This document shows positions 55,013 to 64,000 of a stretch of 64,000 nt of DNA, piece after piece; position 1 is the stretch's first letter, and every line of letters begins with the position of its first letter. The DNA lies in NCBI GenBank assembly GCA_028023455.1, contig JAQFVV010000005.1, forward strand, positions 868,001 through 932,000. The letters run 5' to 3'. Below the pieces are notes generated by a model. It saw only the letters and a program-made list of their open reading frames with translations, did no database searches and was not told the DNA's origin. The translations under genes and the position numbers were made by a program. The DNA is from Epiperipatus broadwayi (taxonomy: Eukaryota > Animalia > Onychophora).

Positions 55013-55284
55013 CTTTTCAATGAAAACAATAGTTATTGCATCTCTGTAGAGGTTTTGAAATAATATTCATAATGTAAAGTTGTTTTTTCCAGGATGTCTG
55101 TTACTCTAATGTGCTTGGCCTGCCCAGTCTAGTGAAAATGTGCTATTTTAATTATGAATTTAATAGAATAACAGTACGTCTAGCAAGCTGAAAAATATAC
55201 TGATGAATATTATGAATCCACATCTCACTGCAATAAAATACATATAAGAGTCATACATATAAGCTATATAATTAAATTTTCCAT

Positions 55285-55522
55285 CACCATTTCCACCATG
55301 CAGCATTTTAAAAATATAATCAATGGATGCAGAAAGGTTTGTTAGATCCAGGTGCACTGCTCTCAGATACAAAGCTCCTCACTAATAAAAGCCACAAACT
55401 AGAAACTAGACTGGGGATATTGTATGAGTAGGCACTAGATAGGGATTTTATGCACAAACCTTCCTACATCCATTGATTACCCTGGTTTGTACTGAGTGGC
55501 AATACTGTATGGAGAGTTTCCT
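55285..55522 (+). mobile_element. Hammerhead element copy I, core decayed, short inverted arm
   Basis: Body 55343-55522 with CUAAUAA...GAAACUAGAC. 55320-55342 is the inverse of 55454-55476 and shares the private acaaacc variant. Confidence 0.85.
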
Positions 55523-56333
55523 ACTGCAATAAAATATCACGACTCTATTACATGACTTCAGCTTACTTAATGTTGCCTTAGCAGTATATATTTTTCTTTC
55601 ACTACTGCTATGTCACTTACTTCAAGCTTTAGTAATTGATAGATATTGACTTGTTATAATTCTTTACCCTGCATAGTTTGATGTAGTTGGTAAAGTGGCC
55701 TACTTGGTCTCAGGTGGTCCCAGAATAAATTTTGGTGCTTGCAGGCCCGACATTCAAACTTTTTATGAACTCCGGAGCAATAATGCCATATGCCCTTTTT
55801 TAGATATAAATTCTTTAAGTTGGAACCTTCAAATAGCCCATTGCTCGGTAAAATCTTCCTCAAGAGCTTCTCACAGAAAACAATGAAGAAGCGAGTATTC
55901 ACCAAGTTTGCCAAATGCTGAGGATTCTATGATTTCCTATTCCTGTTTTATTCAGAATCTAGCTAAGAATAGGGATACATGATTTACCAACCAATTTTGG
56001 TTGGTTATCTGGGTTGTTTATGTGATAGTTATTTGAAAGAATTCCAGTTCTATAAAAAAAATTTCCAAATTTGCTGAACCTGGATTTGAATTCAGATCAA
56101 GGTAATGAAGATAAATGTGCAATCATTGGATCATAATGCCCTTAATATTTATAAAAGAAAAGTAAAATATTATGAAATGATTCAATTATAATAGTCTTAA
56201 TTATTTAGATATAACTAGGAATATTACATGAAAGCATGCAAAATATTTAATACTATAGTTTTTGCAATATTCTTTATCTTCTTTATGAAATATTGTATAT
56301 TTATCCTATTGCATTGCCAAATCCATATAATAT

Positions 56334-56490
56334 TAATATCATTTATGTTCTTTATTATTTCTTACAATGCTTTTTTACAACTCACTAGACAGAACTTCTA
56401 AATATAATTAGATGTTCTGAAGAAGATTGCTTGAGCAATCGAAACTGTCTAGTGGGTTGTAAAAACTAATAAAGAACATAAATGATATTA
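56334..56490 (+). mobile_element. Family 3 hammerhead-like core (56417-56449) inside inverted arms
   Basis: CTGAAGA-A-GATTGC-TTGA-GCAATC-GAAA-CTG-TC. Arms 56377-56392/56445-56460 and 56334-56357/56467-56490. Confidence 0.65.
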
Positions 56491-59400
56491 TATAGTTTTT
56501 ACAATAAATATATACACAAATATACTTCACTTTTTATTTAGAATATCAAATATCCTACTGCTGAAAGTGTAATTTGCATAAGAAATAATTTTGTAACGAC
56601 ATCAATCTTCATAACTTTGTTCAGCACCAAATAGTACAAACTGGTCGACTTTCTTAGGAAATTGAAAGATTGGGTGATCTGAAATAAGTAGTCATCGAAC
56701 AAATAAAAACATTGTTATTTTTTATTGAATTACTCACTCCTTTTTGTTTTAAAGCAGATACAACTATTTCTTAAATTATCTCCGTAATAATAATAAAAAA
56801 AAGCTTACAATTTACAAATCATCAATATGAATATTATAATGAGATATTGTTAGTAAGATTTATAAAGTATAAACCAAATAAGTTATTTAACATATTTACT
56901 GCATTTAATATTGTTAGTGTAATTAATGAATATTAGATGACAGTGTAGGACAAATGGGGATTAAATTTAGTAAAAAAAAATATTTTAAAAAAGTGTGTGG
57001 GGGTGGGGGGTGGAAGGTGAGTATGAAGTAGATAATTAAATATAATTATTTTGAGTCATTAAAAGAATTAATTTGATGATTGTTAAATAAAGTTGATAAA
57101 TAATATTTAAAAAAGCCGAGTAAGGAAAATAACAATTTCATTCAATGAACGGAAATAATGTAACAAGAATTATATAGAAGCAGTAGTACATATGTGACTG
57201 ACACTTTTTGTGTTTATAAAAGAATATTACTAACTAGTATTTATTACCTGCTAAAACTTTTGGTAGATGGCAGCACTAGAATACAATATATAGTTTGTTC
57301 ATGAAAAACGTTATGTAGATGTGGTGATAATATCTGTTTTTGGGTTGATATTGTAAAGAAAATTGAAAGGAAATAAAAATTCATTCTTTGGATGCAGATA
57401 TATATGAATAAAACAACTCAATAAATATGACTTCGGAAATCAAGTTTTTTTTCATGAGGAGTACGCATGCACACAAATAAATTGAAAATGTTATTACGTT
57501 GCAATGTGTGGGCAGTTTTTATTGTGATGTAAGCAAAGGTAGATGAGAAAGATAATAGAATGTGCTAAAGGACTGAAGAAAGATTTCAGTTTATCTGCAA
57601 TGTGTTGTTTCTAACAATTGTTACAGTACTAAAATTACCCTTTCTTTTATTTTTGCTATAATATCTTATATAAATCCAATTTATTCGTACCACTTCGAAC
57701 ACTTTTTAGCAAAAAAAACCTTTTATTGTACATAGTAGGAACAATTGAAACATAGGTGTATATATGTATAATAAAAGATTTTTGCTAAAAAATGTTCAAA
57801 GTCGTTTGGATATATTGTATTGTTACAGTAGTAAAGATTAGAACAAAAATATTATCACCGATAAAGGGAAAAAAGAGATGAGAGCAATTATGGAAAAAAA
57901 CAACTTGAATATAAATAAAAATAAGCAGATTATCAGAAGTGATACATTTTATAATAGCAGTAAGCAAAATGGCTTATTCTTAAAACTTTAATGGAAGGTA
58001 CTGACAATAAGAGAATATATTTATAAATAAAACAATTTGGAAGATTCGTTTTATGAACTAGGAAATGAAAATGTGAAAAATATTTGCCACTTATTATTAG
58101 AAAAGACGATAGAAAGAATGCAAAGAATGAATTTATGGGAAAATAATAAAAATTAGATGAATTTACAAAAAGTGGATTTTAGGTTGAGAACAGACATTGA
58201 TAAAGATGACTTGACGATTAGTGTTATTGAAACGGTAAAGTTAATATTGTCGAAAATTATTGAATGGACAAAGATAATACTGTGAAAATCAAATTTAAAT
58301 TAGAGGATGATAAATATAATAGTTAACAAACTTCTTTGTTTTTATTGACTCAAAGATTCGTGACTTCAATGAAAGAGAAGTTGTCGTATTACAATTATAG
58401 CTATTAATTTATTTATTCCTTCAATTATTTTATTATTTATTATAAAATATACATTAAATATTGTTTACATTTTTTAGTCATTATCCTAGAGATACAAAAT
58501 GAAAATTTTAATTAATGGCTAAATGTCACATGCTATTCAGAGTTTTTTTTCAAAAAATATTTACTATCGGAGACAAATCATATAAATTATAATTGGATAC
58601 GAACTAAAAAAAAAAATGTTCAACTTCATTAAATTTGTAAACTCTTGATTTGAATAATTGTATCAAAACAAATTTGACCACATTAGCTTATAATTGTAAA
58701 ACGAAAACCTGTTTAAAAATTATGTAGAGAAAATGAATTATTGAGCGATTAACTATATGACTAGGAAGTTATACTTTTGTTTATTATAAATGATTGCTTG
58801 AACTTTTCAAAAATTTGAAAGTAATTGTTCTGCAGAAAGTAATAAGACAGGTTAGTATTTTTAAGTATTCATAGAGTTAGCTAGACAATCCTGGTAGATT
58901 CATCCTCCACACACACTCGATTACTTATGGAGAAATAAGATGTGTAGAAATCCATTCATAATTATAAAGAGGGTAGATAATTTGTTTTTTTAAAAAAGGA
59001 TTTAAATTAGAAATTTGGTTATACAAGAATTAACATAGTTCAATTATTGTTCTCCTTTAGTTTGCATGAGATTGGTTTGAAGAAGAGTATCAAATTATCA
59101 AACAGGCATGGAAATTTCTATGTTTGATACCTCTAGTTGAAGGGAAGAGTGAAATTAATTCTTGAAATGCATGCATAGTAAGGAAAAGTGGGTATGACTT
59201 TCTATACTAGTGGATGATTATAATATAAGGAAGATGAGACAAGTAATGGACTGTTAATTCAAATATGTACTCATTGTGTATTTCAAATACGTGTCTGTGA
59301 GCCTATATGAACATATATGTAAATCATAATAGAAACTTGAATTTTGTATATTAATCATGTAAGTCACATTGTGATAATTTTTTTATTATTTTATGTTAAT

Positions 59401-59499
59401 CAAAATCAGAAGCCTTAATTGATATGTATAGCCTGGTTTTGGAGACTTAAATTTTTCATTTATTGTTGTTAATAAACTTGAATTCAATTGTTAAAATTA

Positions 59500-59609
59500 G
59501 TCTTGCATTGGTGGTCGAGAGGTCAGCACGACTGCCTTGCACTAGCGGGCAGTTTCCCGGGTTGCGGGTTCACGTCCCGGCCAATGCTGTGACACTTAAA
59601 AAAAAAAAA
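59500..59609 (+). mobile_element. tRNA-Gly-derived retrocopy / short SINE with poly(A) and 14-bp TSD
   Basis: GCATTGGTGGT...CCCGGCCAATGC (59505-59587) matches metazoan tRNA-Gly ends; A- and B-box-like motifs; poly(A) from 59598; aattgttaaaatta at 59486-59499 and 59610-59623. Confidence 0.85.
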
Positions 59610-60982
59610 AATTGTTAAAATTATTCCAGTGACTTGATTCCCAAATTTTTAGAATATTGTATGTTTGCATCACCTCTTGGTCACTATACAGTTATAGAGC
59701 TTATGTTGTCTGAGCTAGATTTGTGCATAATGGTTACATATATTAAAGGGGATATATTTTTAGTGCTTAGGGGAATCTAGTTGATTCTAGATTGGTGCTA
59801 AGATAATATTCTTTAAAGCCCATGCACTACATTTTATTTTAGCTTTCACTCTATCAGAATTAAGCTTACAGTTAGCCAGTATATTAATGGTACTAAATGG
59901 ACAGAGCATTGATGATAATTAACATGTTTTAATATCCTAGCATTATTATTTTTATGGTTATGTATTCTGATGGAGTAGCACTTAGGTTGGTGAATCCAAA
60001 TTAATGTTTTAAATAATTGTCCAAGCTGGCCAAAGCTCAATAGTTAGCCTGATCTGCAGTAGATCCATTTCAAATCCAGTCACCAGATTGACTGTTGATT
60101 TATATTTTGTATTGTTTAAATCCAGTCACAAAATTGACTGATTTATTTGATTGTTGGTCATTCATGATGATGGATGATTATTTCTTTTGAGTATTGCTTA
60201 TACTTATTGATAATTTTGGTTGATGAAGTTATAATCATATGTTTAGTTGCTCTAAGCAGTTAATTGGGCTGATCTCACTGAGAGATATTTATGATCTTAT
60301 GCTCTTCTTTAATAGATAAAATTGCTTATATATATTTTGTGATATTAAACATTAATATCTGTTACTTTTTTGTTAAATTACATGATTTGAAATATCTTGT
60401 AGAACTGGGGTTGATGATGTTTTTCCATTACACCATGACTCCCTGATACCCCCTATCCCATTATAATATATCTTCTACAAATACAGAAAAATGAAACAGT
60501 TATCCCTTAAGACTTTGTGCGTTATATATTTTTTCTAATCTCCCATGTTTGTTGATCTCTCCACACAATCCAGTTAAATATTACTTGTATTAATCTATTT
60601 CATTCATATATTATAGCCTTCCAAATATTTTTAATTTGCTTCTTATAGCTTCATTAAATAAATCTGCTTCATTCCCTTTTGGATAATCTCATTCACTGTC
60701 ACTGACCACATTTTAATCCTCAACACATATCTACTTATATTCTTATTAAATTTTATTTAAAATTTTTTAAAGTACCTGTCCAATACAAGGCATTTCAATT
60801 CTAAATATTAGAACAAGTACTTCCACCTTTTCCCATATTCTACATACCTCATATTTATGCTATCCAATAAATATGACAGATTTTTGATCAATCAGCTAGC
60901 ACTGATGGTCAACTGTCAAAATATTTTTTTTTAACAGAATATTTATACATCTATACTTTTCACTTCTAGATAAATATTCATT

Positions 60983-61897
60983 TTAAAACAGGCAAACTCT
61001 CCATACAGTAGTTACACTCAGTGCAAGCCAGAGTAATCAAATGGATGCCACAAGGCTTGTGCATAAAATTCTTATCTAGTGCCTACTCATCCAATATTCC
61101 CAGACTAGTTTCTGGCTTGTGACCTTCATCAGTGAGGAGCCTTAGATCTGAGATCATTGCACCTAGGTCTTAGGATCTAATGCATCCCTCCAGCAGCCAT
61201 CTTTTATCTCTACTTAATTACCAACTTATGAGAATAAAATTGAAACACAATATTTTCAAACCAATCTCATTAGCTTATATAGTCATATAAGTCTGAACTC
61301 AGTTCAGTACCCATACATTTTGGTGTCTTTGGTTCTCTAGTAACCATAGCCACCACTATCCTTTTAGGCAGGAACATCACATGATCACCATTTCCTGTGC
61401 TTGCTCATAACTGTTGTTAAAACAGGAAAAACTCTTCATACAGTAGTGCCACTCAGTGCAAGCCAGAATAATCAATGAATGCCAGAAGGCTTGTGCATAA
61501 AATCTCTATCCAGTGCCTACTCATCCAATATCCCCAGACTAGTTACTGGCTTGTGGCCTTCACCAGAGAGTAGCCTTGAATCTGAGAGCACTGCACCTAG
61601 ATCTTAGGATCTATTGCAACCCTCCAGCAGCCATAATTTATCTCTACTTAACTACAAACCTATGAGAATAAAATTGCATTAGATCCTAAGATCTAGGTGC
61701 AGTGCTCTCAGATCCAGGGCTCCTCACTGAATGCCACAAGCCAGAAACTAATCTGGGGTATTGGATGAGTAGGCACTAGATAGGGATTTTATGCACAAGC
61801 TTTCTGGCATCCATTGATTACTCTGACTTGCACTGAGTGGCACTACTGTATGGAGAGTTTTGCCTGTTTTAACAACAGTTATGGTGATCATGTGATA
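60983..61897. mobile_element. Hammerhead element trio: J and K tandem on minus (60983-61674), L inverted on plus (61675-61897)
   Basis: Equivalent cleavage positions 61103 and 61537 are 434 nt apart. K core is mutated (CUGGUGA, GUAA); L core has a deletion. Confidence 0.92.
61087..61152 (-). ncRNA. Minimal type I hammerhead ribozyme, copy J (core 61103-61132)
   Basis: UCCUCA CUGAUGA A-GGU-CACAA-GCC-A GAAA CUA GUC UGGGAA. One stem I mismatch and one G-U pair in stem II. Confidence 0.7.
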
Positions 61898-64000
61898 TTC
61901 TTCATTTTCATTCTTTTTTTGTATCCTTTACACTAATTAATAATACCTTATATTTTTTTCTCCCTAAATTTTTCATATTTCTTCTTACTTTTGTACATTT
62001 CATTAACAACTCCATATCTTTTACATAGCTTCTAAAAAAAAATACCATATCATCTGTAAGAAAGAAAGTTGCCATATTATATACATTCCTACTTATCATT
62101 ATGGAAATCCCTATTCATAGTCTCTGTACGTCAACACCCAATTCTTTTAAGAACAAAATAAATAAAGGTGACAAGACATATTAAGTCAACCAATTTCCCA
62201 TTTAATTTCCAATGCTTCCATATTTCCTAATTTGTATTTATAAAACTATTTTTGTAAATACCTTTTGTCATTCTTAATGTCCATAAATCTATTTTCAAAT
62301 TTTTATTTCTAGCCATTATCACACTAGGCTTTTCTATATCTAATAATACAAAAAATAATAGTTTATTTTCTTTATAAAACATTACAATTAAGTCAGATAC
62401 TATGAATAAATTATCTATTCCCTTGAAAAAGATTTGGTCTGAATTCTTTAAGATTTTCTAATCAATCTCCAGTCTATACAACTGGTCTATAACTACTTAA
62501 ATGTTTTCTTCTTTTATAAAATAATCCCATTCACATACCTTTCTGATTATCTGGCATCTTATTATCAGGTATAAGTTTATTTAGGCTTTTCTTTTAAAAC
62601 AGCTACTGCTTATCTTCTCATACAGATGTTTCTGCTACCACACTATCCAATCCTTTTTCTTTTTTTAAATTTATGTATCACTTCTGATGCTTAATCTTCT
62701 TATGAAGTCCAGAGTATGGAACCATTTGATTATCTATTAATCTAGAAGATGTTCTATTCAATTTTGAATCTATTACTCTGTTCATAATTTATATGATCTT
62801 AGCTTTTCAATGAATCATGTTCATTTACTAACTCTTCATCATTCAGGATTTTTTTCTACCCTCACATTCATCTTCCCTCTGCATTTGTAATATAATAGCA
62901 TTTTCTTTCTTATTTATTTTCTTCATATATCACCAAAAATTTTCACATTTTTCTTTTCCTGTGCTATTAATTTCCTTAATATAATAATCAAACTAAATAA
63001 AATTGAAACAAACAACAAATTATATTTACAATTACTTAATTATTAACCTGACTTTCTTCTCTTATTGAGGCCATTTCAAGATATAGTTTTATAAATCACA
63101 TGACCTATTAATTACATATACTCCACCTATTGGACATTATTTTATCTTCAACAATATAATTACACATTATACATATAAACATATAAATAAATGACAAAAT
63201 AAAAAATACATAATAATAATTTTAAAACCATGTACATATATTTTTATATACCTATAAAACTAAATATTCTATTCCCCCTCCCCTTTTATAAACTCTCATT
63301 CACAATTCTACTATGATTTTTTTTACCATAATTTTTAAATCTTCCAATTATCTAATAATGCCCATTTCCCACCTAATTTTGCAATAACAACATTGTGGAC
63401 AAATAATTATTTTTATATTGGATATTTGACCATTGTATATATTAATTTCCTTGTTCAATTTATTATTAAGTTCACCTCATTTTTATGTTATCTCTATTGT
63501 AGCTGTTTAATTTTTTTTAATAACTATACCATCTGATCATTATTTCCTCTCTCAAATGTTTCTTAGTAGACTCTTCATACTACTTACAAACTTTTTTTCT
63601 CTATACTTTTTATTGCATTTGCCCATATTTTCTTATTAGTTTTATTAATTGTAAATGAACATTCATTTGCAACATTCTCCATTTCATTCTTCCACTATTC
63701 TTAAGTATTTGTAATATTGTGGGTGAAACTAATCTTCATACGTGCACTAGAATTGAGACACATTCACTCCCATCAACAATTGTTTTAAAATCATAGGTGG
63801 TCTGTCTATGGTTAAAGCTTATTCTTTAAATAAACTAACAATTGCTGACCATGTTTGAATTTATTATTATTCTGATTATTAAATCAGCATTTTACTTGTA
63901 CAAATTCACGGGGAAGAGAAAGTTTCTTATTTTTAACTACCAACAACACAGAATCTTATTAGTTTATATAGACATGAAGAAAATTCCACAATATTACAAA

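Larger units (their letters stand above)
60400..63050 (-). pseudogene. Decayed non-LTR RT remnant interrupted by the hammerhead trio
   Basis: FLTDDMV (YADD-like, ~62050) and SPLFILF-like (~62170). 60400-60980 looks like the downstream part; bounds approximate. Confidence 0.55.

Noticed and set aside
55654-55914. Cys/His-containing ORF (CSGVHKKFECRACKH) as a zinc finger or transposase
   Set aside because: Spacing fits no motif I can name and there is no supporting domain nearby.
57250-57280. CTCF-like motif AGATGGCAGCAC, with similar text in copies A and B
   Set aside because: A short motif match alone cannot support a binding site; ChIP data would be needed.
59505-59587. Functional tRNA gene
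   Set aside because: The D-stem does not pair, the anticodon loop is 11 nt, the T-arm region is duplicated, and poly(A) plus TSD indicate a retrocopy.

Overview
Very AT-rich eukaryotic (arthropod-like) DNA, not prokaryotic. It is dominated by nested, mostly dead transposons: two Ty3/Gypsy remnants, several RTE-type LINE remnants, a Tigger/pogo remnant, a nearly intact CR1-type LINE and a tRNA-Gly-derived retrocopy. There are also weak hints of a micro-exon host gene on the minus strand. The main discovery is a non-coding mobile family with about a dozen full or partial copies between 32.4 and 61.9 kb. It carries a minimal type I hammerhead ribozyme (UCCUCA-CUGAUGA-AGGCCACAAGCCA-GAAA-CUA-GUC/UGGGGA). 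Two independent loci give the same 434-nt monomer. Copies are repeatedly capped at the 5' side by a locally copied inverted 3' end. This fits a retrozyme / Penelope-type non-autonomous system, possibly with a circular RNA intermediate. Two further, more decayed hammerhead-like families are also present. All calls were made by eye without databases. Ribozyme activity, TE family names and the host exons are unverified, and boundaries of decayed elements are approximate.
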